Both the position numbers and the translations under genes were made by a program. The notes beneath the pieces are model-generated. The model was given only the letters and a program-made list of their open reading frames with translations. It was not told where the DNA came from and ran no database searches. A stretch of DNA of 46,537 nucleotides, taken from a virus. Location of the stretch: the IMG/VR virus record IMGVR_UViG_3300045988_174467, positions 1-46,537 of that record; one strand, given 5' to 3'. Numbering within the stretch: the stretch's first letter is position 1; each line of letters starts with the position of its first letter. Shown here piece after piece: positions 27,048-37,209 of this stretch.

Positions 27048-27572
27048 ATGGATAAAAAAAAATGGCTACGAAAACGAGTAGTGTCTATTCGGATAGAACC
27101 ATATCTTGCTGAATACATTGCTGAAAAGTACGAGATTGATACCGCGACTGGTGGTCTTAGGATTCCTTGTAGTTCAGACTTGTATTTCTGTGTTTGGGAG
27201 CAGATGTCACGGCAGCGGTCCAATCAGCCTGATCTTACGGATGGTAATCTTCGCATACATCTTCCATTTAGAAAGGCGATACAAGGTGCGCCGTATAAAA
27301 ATCCGGCCTACTATAATTACCTTTCTGCCGCTGCCACTAAAGAGATAGAGGGACAGATAAGAAAAATGTTTAATTTCGAACTGCATCGTGTGCTTTTGGA
27401 GAATGAAGAATTCGGTAGACAACGTAAAAACCTTGATGTTATTTATGAGTTTATACAAACCTATCGTCTTAAATCGATATCGGCTGATGCCTTGTTAAAG
27501 AATTTCTATCGCTTTCGTAATCGATTGCGCCCCAAAAAAATCCGGCATTATAGGAGAAATGTTGGAGTTTAA
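27048..27572 (+). CDS. hypothetical basic protein (174 aa), first gene after the repeat array
   Basis: ATG-initiated ORF with a K/R-rich C-terminus. No motif recognised. Confidence 0.6.
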   Translation: MDKKKWLRKRVVSIRIEPYLAEYIAEKYEIDTATGGLRIPCSSDLYFCVWEQMSRQRSNQPDLTDGNLRIHLPFRKAIQGAPYKNPAYYNYLSAAATKEIEGQIRKMFNFELHRVLLENEEFGRQRKNLDVIYEFIQTYRLKSISADALLKNFYRFRNRLRPKKIRHYRRNVGV

Positions 27573-27623
27573 CATTGTTTAATATAGATCGAACTATTGT
27601 TTTGGTCACTTCGTCTAACGTGT

Positions 27624-27977
27624 ATGGTTGAGTTTTTAAATGTTGTTAAAGTAGAGCTGGTTCGCTCGTTTAATCACAGCGAGAATAATGTATATGAATT
27701 TGTAGCAAATACCTTCTCATATATTCCGCAACTTACAGACAGTGATGCCGGAAGTTTTTGGAATTGTGACAAGACTCTCGTGATCGACTTGCCGGCAGAT
27801 GAAGTCCTGCGTCTCTTTTCTATTGAAAGAAAAGCTATTGTGATGATAAGAACATCTGATAGACGATTTTATAAAATTGGTACTGTCGAGGTTCCGGCAC
27901 GTGTTCAGATCTCTTCAAATATTACTTCTGCTAACCTTATAATAAAGTGTAAAATGCTAACAGACCCTCTTTTGTAG
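27624..27977 (+). CDS. hypothetical protein (about 117 aa)
   Basis: ORF with ATG at 27624, where the track starts at TTG 27597. Confidence 0.5.
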   Translation: MVEFLNVVKVELVRSFNHSENNVYEFVANTFSYIPQLTDSDAGSFWNCDKTLVIDLPADEVLRLFSIERKAIVMIRTSDRRFYKIGTVEVPARVQISSNITSANLIIKCKMLTDPLL

Positions 27978-28029
27978 GTCTTTTCTATTCTATTTTCGAG
28001 GATGTAACTTCGCATCAAAAATAATTTTG

Positions 28030-29025
28030 ATGAACGAATTACAAAACCTCCTTGCGTCGGGAAATCCTTTATTTATTACCGTTGATGGCTTTCGACAAGC
28101 TATGCTTGCGGCTTTCCCTCTTAATGGTAAAATTGAGAGTAATTCTGACGTAAAGGCTGCATACGGTTTTTCGCCGGCCGAGGTGGCTGCTTATTTAAAA
28201 GACCATACTTGGTATCAGTTTGAGTGTCACGTGGCCCTTCAGGAACTCCGGAAGGTGCTGGCACAAGACGATGGTACATCAACCGTAACGCTTACAGATG
28301 AGTTCGACGATGAGCATCTTCCTGATAATTCCATTGCTTATCATCGGGTGTGGGGGACGGTTATGGCAGATAGTTATTGGAATTTCTCTTCTAAACAACT
28401 TGATGCAGACCTTAAGGCTGCTGAAATTAACCCGCAGATCTCTTGTCACTTTCTCCACATAAAATCTTCTGGTGGAGAAGCTTGGTATCTTGACCGCCTG
28501 AGCGAAACGATGCGTGCCTGTCAGAAACCAATTCTCACTTTCTATGAGCAGATGTGTTGCTCGGCCGGCTATTATATCGGTTGTCATGGCAACCGCATCT
28601 ATGCGCTTACCGACAACGACTATGTCGGCTGCATCGGCACAATGTGTAGTTTCTACGACTTTGAGCCTTACTTTGCGAAGCTCGGTATCAAGCGTGTAGA
28701 AGCCAAGGCTACTAATTCCGATTTGAAAAACAAGACTTTCGACGACCTGCGTCATGGCAAGGACGAGAAATTTGTACACGACATTCTCGACCCGCTCAAC
28801 ACCCAGTTTCTTACAGAAGTGCGTTCCCAGCGCAGCCAACTCGCAGAGCTTCCCGATGATGCGCCGGTGCTGCGTGGCGAGACCTTCTACACTCCACAGG
28901 CAGTGGAACTCGGACTTACCGACGGGAGCCGCACGATGCAGGAGGCCGTATCCGAAGCCGTTACCATGGGACGTGAGTATACTGATGCCTACAAACTGAA
29001 GACTGCCATATATAATATTGTTTAA
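28030..29025 (+). CDS. prohead protease, S49 (SppA/ClpP-like) family
   Basis: FLHIKSSGGEAWY resembles the S49 I-x-SPGG motif. CCSAGYYIGC resembles the catalytic-Ser segment (aaSgGYyia). Sits directly upstream of the capsid gene. Confidence 0.7.
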   Translation: MNELQNLLASGNPLFITVDGFRQAMLAAFPLNGKIESNSDVKAAYGFSPAEVAAYLKDHTWYQFECHVALQELRKVLAQDDGTSTVTLTDEFDDEHLPDNSIAYHRVWGTVMADSYWNFSSKQLDADLKAAEINPQISCHFLHIKSSGGEAWYLDRLSETMRACQKPILTFYEQMCCSAGYYIGCHGNRIYALTDNDYVGCIGTMCSFYDFEPYFAKLGIKRVEAKATNSDLKNKTFDDLRHGKDEKFVHDILDPLNTQFLTEVRSQRSQLAELPDDAPVLRGETFYTPQAVELGLTDGSRTMQEAVSEAVTMGREYTDAYKLKTAIYNIV

Positions 29026-29046
29026 TGCTTTAATTTTTAGTTTTTT

Positions 29047-31053
29047 ATGAATTTCAAAGAGAAACTTACCTCCGTTCTCGAATTCCTGCACCTCAAGCAG
29101 AAGTTCGATGACAAAAGTCTTTCAAAGGAAGAGTTCAACGCTGTCGTGGCCGAATACCAGAAGAAGTACCAGGTTACGCTCAACGATGACCTCGCCGCGG
29201 AGCAGACTGCGCAGCAGACCACACAGCAGGCTGCAGATTTCCAGACCACGCTCAACACCATCCAGTCGGTTCTCAACGGCATAGAAACAACGGCTGCCAC
29301 AGAGAGTGACGAGGGCACACAGCAAAACCAGCCACAGAGCAATGCTACGCTCGAGGGCATTCTTGAAAGCATCAAGGGGATGCGCGCCGATTTCAATGCA
29401 ATGGCCGAGAAACCTGCACCTGATGTCCCGGCACAGACCGTCAGTGCTTCTCCGCTCAACATCAACGGATTCGGCAATACACCCGAATATTTGTTTGGTG
29501 TCGATCATCCTTTGTTTTCCATGGAGGACCGCTGGAATCGAATTGCAGCCAATCCCCGTGCGGCAGCTGCCATGCCGGAAGTCGACGAACAGGTGGACGG
29601 TGTAGCTTTCTACAAGGCTGCCTGCAGCTTTGCTAAGTCGCTCAAGAATCGCTATCAGTATCTCCAGCAGAACAAGATGCTCGATGCTCTGGCACTTGCC
29701 AAAGGCACCTATGCGACCAACTATGATGGCGTGGATAATGCCGGAGTCGGCGACCAGTTCGTCGTGCTGCGTCAGGACGCGCTTATCGCTCGTGTGCTTC
29801 AGGTGCGCGACATGACCCAATTCTTCCCCGTAGCCTACGGCTATCAGGACCGCGGTCTCGTCTTCAACGCATTCTTCGACGAGGTTTCACAGGCCTATCA
29901 GGCAGGGGAGGTCTTCAAGGGTGGCATGAAGATTGAAAACCACATGGGTTATGTTGATGACGCGATGATCAAGATGGAATGGGGACCGATGAAGGAACTC
30001 GAGCGCAAGTACATCGGCTATCTCAACAAGGAAGGCTCTGATCCGATCAAGTGGACGATGATTGAGTACCAGCTGCTCAACACGCTCACCACGGCTCAGG
30101 TAGAGCAGAACAAACGCCGTATGCGTGGCATCTATGTGAAACCCGAAAAAGGTGTTGCCGGCTCTTACCAAAATGCGGGTACGGGTATCCTTTATACTTT
30201 GCTTCGCTATGTTCACCAGTACGATATCAAGCCTCACTCTGGCGACGAATACCGAAGCTATACACAGGCTACTTTTCTCCCTTCTGTGCAGGAGTTCATT
30301 GCCGATGTACGCAGCTCCGTTACTGAGGATATGGACATCGACCAGCACTGTGTCTATCTCAATAAGAACCACCAGTCGTGGTGGATTAAGAATGTTCGCA
30401 CCACATACGGTAAGGACACAGACTTCAGCGGCCCGATGGGGGCGCTCAATGTCGTTCCCGACAGTACGATCCGCATCATTTGGTTGCCTTACCTCGGCCA
30501 GCTGCCGTTCATGATGCTGCATCAGCCTGGCAACATTCAGTTCCTCGAGTTTGTACCGGGAGAGATGCTCTCCATGAAGATGCAGGAACAGATGGAACAA
30601 GTCCGTGCGTGGAGTACTTGGAAGGAAGGTTGCTCTGCCTCGTTCACGGGTCGTCGCTTCGACACCAAGAAAGCGATGGATGAAAATGCCTGGGAGTGGC
30701 AGCAGATCTTCATCAACCTCTTTGCCGGCACCATCATCGATAAGGTGGACGCTGCCAACGGCTTTTGGCAGGTGACGGGAGCAACCACAACCGCCGACAC
30801 CTACACCGACATCACTGGTGCAAAGGCTGGCGTGGCGTACTGCATAGAGGCTGGGGTGCCTGAACATCTGCCAAAGATTGCCAAGTCGGGCAAGTTCGCC
30901 AATCTTTCCGCCGCATTCACAGCTACGGCTGTGGGCGACTACATCATGGTGATTCTCGGAGCCGACGGCAACTTCCGTGAGTTGGAGCGTTGCGTAGGTG
31001 GTAAACGTACCATAAATAAGGAACTCCAACCGAACGTTCCCGGCGGACGATAA
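29047..31053 (+). CDS. major capsid protein with an N-terminal Q/A-rich scaffold/delta-like extension (668 aa)
   Basis: Positional, immediately after the prohead protease. The first roughly 150 aa are low-complexity and coiled. A strong hairpin follows the gene. Confidence 0.6.
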   Translation: MNFKEKLTSVLEFLHLKQKFDDKSLSKEEFNAVVAEYQKKYQVTLNDDLAAEQTAQQTTQQAADFQTTLNTIQSVLNGIETTAATESDEGTQQNQPQSNATLEGILESIKGMRADFNAMAEKPAPDVPAQTVSASPLNINGFGNTPEYLFGVDHPLFSMEDRWNRIAANPRAAAAMPEVDEQVDGVAFYKAACSFAKSLKNRYQYLQQNKMLDALALAKGTYATNYDGVDNAGVGDQFVVLRQDALIARVLQVRDMTQFFPVAYGYQDRGLVFNAFFDEVSQAYQAGEVFKGGMKIENHMGYVDDAMIKMEWGPMKELERKYIGYLNKEGSDPIKWTMIEYQLLNTLTTAQVEQNKRRMRGIYVKPEKGVAGSYQNAGTGILYTLLRYVHQYDIKPHSGDEYRSYTQATFLPSVQEFIADVRSSVTEDMDIDQHCVYLNKNHQSWWIKNVRTTYGKDTDFSGPMGALNVVPDSTIRIIWLPYLGQLPFMMLHQPGNIQFLEFVPGEMLSMKMQEQMEQVRAWSTWKEGCSASFTGRRFDTKKAMDENAWEWQQIFINLFAGTIIDKVDAANGFWQVTGATTTADTYTDITGAKAGVAYCIEAGVPEHLPKIAKSGKFANLSAAFTATAVGDYIMVILGADGNFRELERCVGGKRTINKELQPNVPGGR

Positions 31054-31099
31054 TACAAAGACCATTGTTGTGTGGTATTAAATATATGTTTGTTTCACA

Positions 31100-31123
31100 G
31101 CAGGGAGCCAAACAGCTCCCTGC
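31100..31123 (+). terminator. 9-bp GC-rich hairpin after the capsid gene (no U-tract)
   Basis: GCAGGGAGC (31100-31108) and GCTCCCTGC (31115-31123) with a 6-nt loop. Confidence 0.4.
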
Positions 31124-31139
31124 ATAACAAAAAGAAAAA

Positions 31140-32075
31140 ATGAAAAATAAAAAATTTAATATGATGGTCGGATTGACTATTTTTGGCTTGGTGTTGTTTG
31201 TTAGTGCTATTCTTGATCATTCCTTACTGCAGCTTGGTGGGGCGGGGATCTCTATTGCGTCAATGGCCGTACTCGGCCACATTGATGATGTCTCCGATCG
31301 AGATACGCATGGATCTGATATCTCCTATATCGTTTACCTCATCGCCCTTGACCAAATTGATCGAACCAAAGAGTTTCCACAGCCGAATGTTAATCGAGAG
31401 GTTGCGCCGATTTCGTTGAAACCGGGTGAGATTCCACACTATTTCGAAGCGCACGATATTCCCACATTCACAGGTACAACAGAAAAAGGAGATATTACAA
31501 CAACCGGTGAGAATCAGTTTGTTCTCGTCATGGGGGGCGCACGTGAGCGGCTTTACAATTTTATTGAAGAATATAGTGGTGGCAAGTTTATCCTTCTCTT
31601 TAAGCATATCAAGAAGAAAGAGTGGTTTATTCTTGGAGAGTTAGAACGCCCAATAATCCTTTCTAATACGGAAACAAAGGATGATAAGGAGGGGCGTTAT
31701 ACAACCTTAACCTTTAAACGTAGTTCTGTGGATCTTCCTCTAATTTATACGGGTAATCCCGCAGTGACAGCTGCAACAACCGTACCGGCAGGGGCTACAG
31801 ATATTGCCATTACGGCTGCTTCTAATACTTATATGATTCCGAACGGAACTTCAGCTGCGGCTTCCATCGCAACTGTATCGGGACTTAGTAAAGCCGATAA
31901 GGGACGATATATCACGTTGATTGGTGCGGGATCTGACAAACCGGCTACCATTGCTGATGGCTCTACCTTTGTTCTTGAGGAAGGGGCTACATGGACAGCA
32001 AAGACCGGCGCTTCTATTACTTTCCGTATCCTTGATACTACGACGCTGATCGAGATCTCGCGTACTGGGGCGTAA
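31140..32075 (+). CDS. hypothetical structural protein (311 aa); hydrophobic N-terminus, A/T/S-rich beta-like C-terminal domain
   Basis: ORF after the capsid gene. The C-terminus (PAVTAATTVPAGATDIAITAASNTYMIPNGTSAAA...) looks Ig-like. A major tail or decoration role is only a guess. Confidence 0.5.
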   Translation: MKNKKFNMMVGLTIFGLVLFVSAILDHSLLQLGGAGISIASMAVLGHIDDVSDRDTHGSDISYIVYLIALDQIDRTKEFPQPNVNREVAPISLKPGEIPHYFEAHDIPTFTGTTEKGDITTTGENQFVLVMGGARERLYNFIEEYSGGKFILLFKHIKKKEWFILGELERPIILSNTETKDDKEGRYTTLTFKRSSVDLPLIYTGNPAVTAATTVPAGATDIAITAASNTYMIPNGTSAAASIATVSGLSKADKGRYITLIGAGSDKPATIADGSTFVLEEGATWTAKTGASITFRILDTTTLIEISRTGA

Positions 32076-32149
32076 TATGACATTGTTTGTGGACCGGTAG
32101 GAGTTTTTGTAATTCTACTGGTTCACGTAATTGGTTAAAAAACAAAATT

Positions 32150-32716
32150 ATGTATAGCACAAAAGAAAAAATTCATATATTCCGCAAACTGAGCTGTCCG
32201 GATGTTGTGGAAGCTGATCTTGCACTGTTGCACGAGAAAGCTCCGCACCTCACAGATTTCATCCGATTTGATTTTGCTCCGCGTAAAAATCACGAAGATA
32301 TTCTCTTTTGTCTTCTTGATTTTTGCGAACAAGACGAGATCATACGTTATCGTCGCGAGTTCTTTGCTGCGGCAGATGGTGAAGAAAACAATTCTCCTAC
32401 AGATGGAGATGGTACCGATAACCAGGTAGATGGTGAAGGAAACGATTCCCCCGCAGTTGGTACCGATAACCCGGCAGATGGTGAAGAAAACAATTCTCCT
32501 ACAGATGGAGATGGTACCGATAACCCGACAGACGGTGAAGGAAACTATTCTCCTACAGATGGAGATGATATCGATAATCCGACAGACGGTGAAGGAAATG
32601 AAAGTGCTGCAGAGAACAACAAAACTCCCGCTGTGGATAACTCTTCTGAAAAAGGAAGCAATCAATCCAAAGAGCCTGTTACGCCAAAAAAAAAGAAGAA
32701 GAATACCCGAAAATAG
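32150..32716 (+). CDS. acidic tandem-repeat protein with a poly-Lys tail (188 aa)
   Basis: ATG at 32150. Has 4.5 repeats of DGE(E/G)NxSPTDGDGTDNPT and ends in PKKKKKNTRK. Confidence 0.6.
   Translation: MYSTKEKIHIFRKLSCPDVVEADLALLHEKAPHLTDFIRFDFAPRKNHEDILFCLLDFCEQDEIIRYRREFFAAADGEENNSPTDGDGTDNQVDGEGNDSPAVGTDNPADGEENNSPTDGDGTDNPTDGEGNYSPTDGDDIDNPTDGEGNESAAENNKTPAVDNSSEKGSNQSKEPVTPKKKKKNTRK
32375..32617 (+). repeat. in-frame tandem repeat, units of 48-54 nt (super-period 102 nt)
   Basis: Units start at 32375, 32429, 32477, 32531 and 32585. The 32375 and 32477 copies are nearly identical over about 50 nt. Confidence 0.85.
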
Positions 32717-32748
32717 ATTGGGGTAATCTATTCGATGTGGATGTTCAG

Positions 32749-33165
32749 ATGGCTACTGTTATCTATAACGATCGCATCAATACGTGGCGAAAAATGAAGC
32801 AGCTCGACGAACAGCTGGAGACGAATCCGACCGCGCAGGCCGTAGCTGATATGGCAGAGTTACGCATTCGAAATCTCCAGGCTTTCGTCGAGCTGCAATC
32901 GTTTAACGATGCGGGGAAATTTCTCTGCAAACATCCCATACTCTTCGGCCGTTCAGAGATAGCACGACTTATTCGGCTTCTAAAGGCTGATCCGGCAGAG
33001 TTCCTTCGCCAGCACAAGAATGTGCTCGACAATATCAAGCGTTATCGTTCATATATTAAACGTCACGACCGTAAAAATCGTCGTGACACTGATCGTAAAA
33101 ATCTCGAAAGGCATCAAGAGCGTGAGAGATTATTTAAAATGGTCCTCGAACAACAAAACAAGTAA
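32749..33165 (+). CDS. hypothetical coiled-coil/basic protein (138 aa)
   Basis: ATG at 32749, where the track starts at GTG 32737. R/K-rich C-terminus. Confidence 0.5.
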   Translation: MATVIYNDRINTWRKMKQLDEQLETNPTAQAVADMAELRIRNLQAFVELQSFNDAGKFLCKHPILFGRSEIARLIRLLKADPAEFLRQHKNVLDNIKRYRSYIKRHDRKNRRDTDRKNLERHQERERLFKMVLEQQNK

Positions 33166-33169
33166 AAGA

Positions 33170-34492
33170 ATGGATAATTGTATAAAAGTTTTTAACTTGG
33201 GCAATCTGCCTACTGCTCCGCTGGATTCTTTTATCGAACTTCAGGAAGACTTTAAAAAACCTGATGCAGACAAATTGTCGAAGTTGCAGATGTTAATAAT
33301 TACACGTGGGTTTAAGTACTCGTTTAAAGTGTGGAAAGATCCCGATGGTAAATTGTGGATTATTGATGCGCATCAAAGAAGGAAGGCGCTGCTGAGACTT
33401 CGTTCCTATGGATTTCGTATTCCTGAAATCCCATACGAGGAAATTCAGGCTTCCAATAAGCGTGAAGCAGTGGAGGAAATAGCTGCTTATAATTCCGAGT
33501 TTGCTGAAAAGAATCCGGATACGCTACTTTTTACGAAATACAATATCAACAGAGAAGACCTTTCCAAATTTAACCTTGGATATGATGTACAGCTTACCAA
33601 TTTCTCTATAGGTGGAGAAAAGCTGTTCTCTTCCGATACTGATATTGCGGATATACAGGAGGATACTGTTGATATTGCTCCGCAAGATGACAAAGGAGAG
33701 TTATTTGCCCGTCCTGGAGATGTATTCCGATTGGGACACAATAGGTTGATGTGCGGAGATTGCCGTGCAAAGAAAGATGTTGTCGCCCTGATGAATGGCA
33801 GAATGGCTGACATGATACTTACAGACCCTCCATACAATGTTAATTATGAAGGTGGAGGAGAAAGTAAACTCACCATTCAGAATGACTCAATGGAAAATGA
33901 TTTGTTCCTTCGCTTTTTGCAATCAGTCTTCAATGTGATGTTTTCCATAGTGAAGCCTGGAGGTTCTTTCTATGTTTTCCATGCTGACTCTGAAGGCGAG
34001 AATTTCCGTCGCGCCATACGAGAAGCAGGTTTCAAAATCGCCCAGTGCTGTATTTGGGTGAAGGATACATTCGTCATGGGGCGTCAGGACTACCAGTGGA
34101 AGCATGAACCTTGCCTGTATGGCTGGAAAACAGGTGCTGCCCATTTTTGGAACGCTGACAGGAAGCAGACAACGGTATGGAATTTCGACAAGCCAAAAGC
34201 CAACAGGCTGCACCCTACGATGAAGCCTATAGCCCTCATGGCATATCCGATAACAAACAGTACAAAGAATGGTGATGTCGTTGTGGACTTGTTCTCTGGT
34301 TCAGGTTCTACCATTATGGCTTGCCAGCAAACTGACCGTATCGGCTATGGTATGGAGATAGACCCAAAATACGTTGCTGCAACTGTACGCAGATTCATGG
34401 CAATGTTTCCACAGCAGCCGGTACTGTTGGAAAGAGACGGGGCTGTTCTTTCTGAAGATGAAACCAAAAAGATTATTCTATGTCAGAATTAA
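33170..34492 (+). CDS. ParB-like nuclease domain fused to an N6-adenine/N4-cytosine DNA methyltransferase (beta class)
   Basis: ParB-like WIIDAHQRRKAL. Catalytic motif IV ILTDPPYNVNY precedes the SAM-binding motif I VVDLFSGSGSTIMA, which is the permuted order typical of N6_N4 methylases. Confidence 0.85.
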   Translation: MDNCIKVFNLGNLPTAPLDSFIELQEDFKKPDADKLSKLQMLIITRGFKYSFKVWKDPDGKLWIIDAHQRRKALLRLRSYGFRIPEIPYEEIQASNKREAVEEIAAYNSEFAEKNPDTLLFTKYNINREDLSKFNLGYDVQLTNFSIGGEKLFSSDTDIADIQEDTVDIAPQDDKGELFARPGDVFRLGHNRLMCGDCRAKKDVVALMNGRMADMILTDPPYNVNYEGGGESKLTIQNDSMENDLFLRFLQSVFNVMFSIVKPGGSFYVFHADSEGENFRRAIREAGFKIAQCCIWVKDTFVMGRQDYQWKHEPCLYGWKTGAAHFWNADRKQTTVWNFDKPKANRLHPTMKPIALMAYPITNSTKNGDVVVDLFSGSGSTIMACQQTDRIGYGMEIDPKYVAATVRRFMAMFPQQPVLLERDGAVLSEDETKKIILCQN

Positions 34493-34809
34493 TCAAAAAA
34501 GAAGTACTGTCAGATGAGTTTATAAATCAAGTAAGAACGTTCGGAGCGTTGAGTTATACGCCCGAACGTATCTGCAGGTTGCTCGGTCTGAAAGGAACTC
34601 AGCGCACGACCTTGTTGTATCGCATAAACACGCCTGGCGATGTTTATTTCGAAGCCTATCATCAAGGACGTGCGCTTGGTGAATATAATATTGACGCAGA
34701 ACTCGCTAAAAAGGCAGAGAAAGGAGAGATTGATGCTATCACTCTGCTTGAAGAACGCAAGAACGAGCGTGAAGAAAAAGACCTGCGAATGAATTTGTTT
34801 GGTATATGA
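34480..34809 (+). CDS. hypothetical protein (109 aa), small-terminase candidate
   Basis: Positional, two genes upstream of the large terminase. Possible HTH (TPERICRLLGLKGTQRTTL). Confidence 0.4.
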   Translation: MSELIKKEVLSDEFINQVRTFGALSYTPERICRLLGLKGTQRTTLLYRINTPGDVYFEAYHQGRALGEYNIDAELAKKAEKGEIDAITLLEERKNEREEKDLRMNLFGI

Positions 34810-35453
34810 AAAGTCAAATTGAAAAATTAGATTCTATTCATCCAGACCTTATATCCGCATTTCTTACAGGCGGAGATTGTGATGGTATTCCATCAGACAT
34901 TAAATTGTTTTTGCAGCAGCTGCAATGGGCTGCTGAAATCTTCGAATATGAGCGAAATATTACAAGGGCTGCAAAAAAATTGAAGCTGCGAATTAACGCT
35001 GAGCAGCGCATCAAGATTGAAGAGCGGACTTGTATGGCAAGAATTTATGAAGCAATCAATTATTTTCAAGTTGATTGCAATGTGCCTATTAAAGTTTGGG
35101 AAAGCAATTTTGCAAACAAATATGAAGACCTTGCCAAACTCTGTGGATCTACTGGTGATTATAAGGGAATGAAATCTTGTTATGATGCAGCACTTGAGTG
35201 TCGTCGTAGGTCCTCTGAGATAGCAGAAGCAGATAGAGACTTGGGAGTTATCTTTTTGCTCTCTCCGGATTTGACTCCTGAGCAACTTGGGTTCTCGAAG
35301 AAAAACCTGAAAGAAATTGCTGCAAAACACAACCAAGGCTTCTATGTTACGCTTATCGATTCTCTGCCTATTGAGACAAAGGAGAAAAAACGACTACTGC
35401 GTGATGCTGATATACAAGATGCTGAAATAGTAGAGGAGATTCAGAATGATTGA
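34806..35453 (+). CDS. hypothetical protein (215 aa), alternative small-terminase candidate
   Basis: Overlaps both neighbours and lies immediately upstream of the large terminase. Confidence 0.4.
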   Translation: MKSQIEKLDSIHPDLISAFLTGGDCDGIPSDIKLFLQQLQWAAEIFEYERNITRAAKKLKLRINAEQRIKIEERTCMARIYEAINYFQVDCNVPIKVWESNFANKYEDLAKLCGSTGDYKGMKSCYDAALECRRRSSEIAEADRDLGVIFLLSPDLTPEQLGFSKKNLKEIAAKHNQGFYVTLIDSLPIETKEKKRLLRDADIQDAEIVEEIQND

Positions 35454-37209
35454 TATTCAGCCAAATGAAAATTGCGTGCTCGAGTTTGAGCATTGTTATA
35501 TGAATCATGTGCAGTTGCTGGCTAACATTATTGATCCCAATATGTTATATGCCGAGTGGGCGCGTGCAACTGGTAAGACTGAGGGCGTGATTGTGCCACG
35601 ACTCATTCGCGTGGCGAATGATATGCCTGGAGAACTATCGTTCCTCGTGCATAAAACTTATGTAGCTTTGATGACGAACGTTTGGCCTAATATTCAGGCT
35701 TCATTCTCTCGGCCTGTCATCGTCGGAGGTAAACAGCGTGCTATGCTTGAGTACGGCATTGATTATGTGGTTGGCGAGGCAAAACTTCCGTCACACTTCC
35801 GACGGCCACGCTATCCGATAGCCTACGCCAAACACTCGGTTATATTTCGCAATGGTGCGCACTTGCAGCTTGTTTCTTCGGATCAGCCTGAAAGCGTGGC
35901 AGGACGCAACGCCGTTCACGCTTTTGTCGAGGAGATGAAACACAACAGCGGTGAGAAGCTCAAGTCTCGATTGTTTCCTTCTTTGCGTGGTGGTTCTGCC
36001 GATATTCGTCGGTCAGCCTACTATGAAGGTGTGACAGGAGTGAGTGATACTGCACGTGTTGACCTCGGCGAAGATGATTGGTTTGAGGAGTATGAGAATA
36101 AGATGGATCGACAGCTAATTGAAGAGATAGCCTCCGTTTCGCTTTCCATCAATCAATCGCTTTACAGACAGTATATGTTGCAGCAGGAGCTCCGAAATTC
36201 TAAGAATCCGGTAACGATAGAGAAAATAAGACTGGAGAACGAACGGCTCCACGCTTTTGTTGCACGCTGGAAACCCCGTCTTGCTGACATGCGACGCAAT
36301 GCCATCTACTACATTCGCGCTTCGTCATTCTGTAATAAGGATATTCTCGGTCCTAAGTTTTTTAAGACGCAGCTCGATACGCTCGATATGGACGAGTTTC
36401 TTACCGCTATCTGTGCTATCCGCCATAAGGAGGTAACCAATAAGTTTTTTACAAGCTACGACCACGAGCGACACCAATTTAAAGATAGCTACATATATGA
36501 CCAAATATTGAAGCTGAACCTTAAAGATCACTTCACGCTCACCGCACGCTACCTCCGCCACTACGATAAGCGCGAACCTCTATACATAGGTTACGATCCG
36601 GGAAACTTTCAATCACTCATCGTAGGCCAAAAGAAAGAATACGGCAGTCGCTTCGACATTATTAAAGAGTTTTGGGCGTATATACCCGACGACCAACAGA
36701 ACCTTGCGCAGCAGGTGTATTCGTTCTTTGGTGCCGATGCTGTGAACAAGGTTATTCACCTTTATCCCGATCGTGCCGGAAACAAGACACGAGAACAGCT
36801 GGAACAGATAACCACCGACTCGCTTGCTATGAAAGCAGCTTTAGAAAGCTATGGATTTTCTGTGTTTCTTTACAACGAAGGCGCGCCTACTATCTACCAT
36901 TGGCAGCAGTTCCGCTTGTGTCAGCTGCTCTTTGGTGAAAAGCTCCCCTTGCTTCCCAAGGTGCGTATCGACGAAAACGAGTGTGCCAATTTGTGTAGTG
37001 CTATCCTCATCAGCCCACTGAAGAAAACCAATGGGAAAATAGAACTTGATAAAGCGAGCGAAAAGAAAGAAGAGTTGAAACGTAGACCAGGGCTGACTAC
37101 ACAGCTTCCAAGTGCAATGATTTACCTTTTGTATGGCCTTTATTCGGACATAATCAAGAAAGAATTGAGTAGTTATCCCGATGATTTACCTGAAAACCTG
37201 ACGATATAA
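35446..37209 (+). CDS. terL: terminase large subunit (587 aa)
   Basis: Walker A-like WARATGKTEG and Walker B-like VHAFVEEM. Nuclease-domain acidic motifs IGYDPGNFQS and LYPDRAGN. Confidence 0.8.
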   Translation: MIDIQPNENCVLEFEHCYMNHVQLLANIIDPNMLYAEWARATGKTEGVIVPRLIRVANDMPGELSFLVHKTYVALMTNVWPNIQASFSRPVIVGGKQRAMLEYGIDYVVGEAKLPSHFRRPRYPIAYAKHSVIFRNGAHLQLVSSDQPESVAGRNAVHAFVEEMKHNSGEKLKSRLFPSLRGGSADIRRSAYYEGVTGVSDTARVDLGEDDWFEEYENKMDRQLIEEIASVSLSINQSLYRQYMLQQELRNSKNPVTIEKIRLENERLHAFVARWKPRLADMRRNAIYYIRASSFCNKDILGPKFFKTQLDTLDMDEFLTAICAIRHKEVTNKFFTSYDHERHQFKDSYIYDQILKLNLKDHFTLTARYLRHYDKREPLYIGYDPGNFQSLIVGQKKEYGSRFDIIKEFWAYIPDDQQNLAQQVYSFFGADAVNKVIHLYPDRAGNKTREQLEQITTDSLAMKAALESYGFSVFLYNEGAPTIYHWQQFRLCQLLFGEKLPLLPKVRIDENECANLCSAILISPLKKTNGKIELDKASEKKEELKRRPGLTTQLPSAMIYLLYGLYSDIIKKELSSYPDDLPENLTI

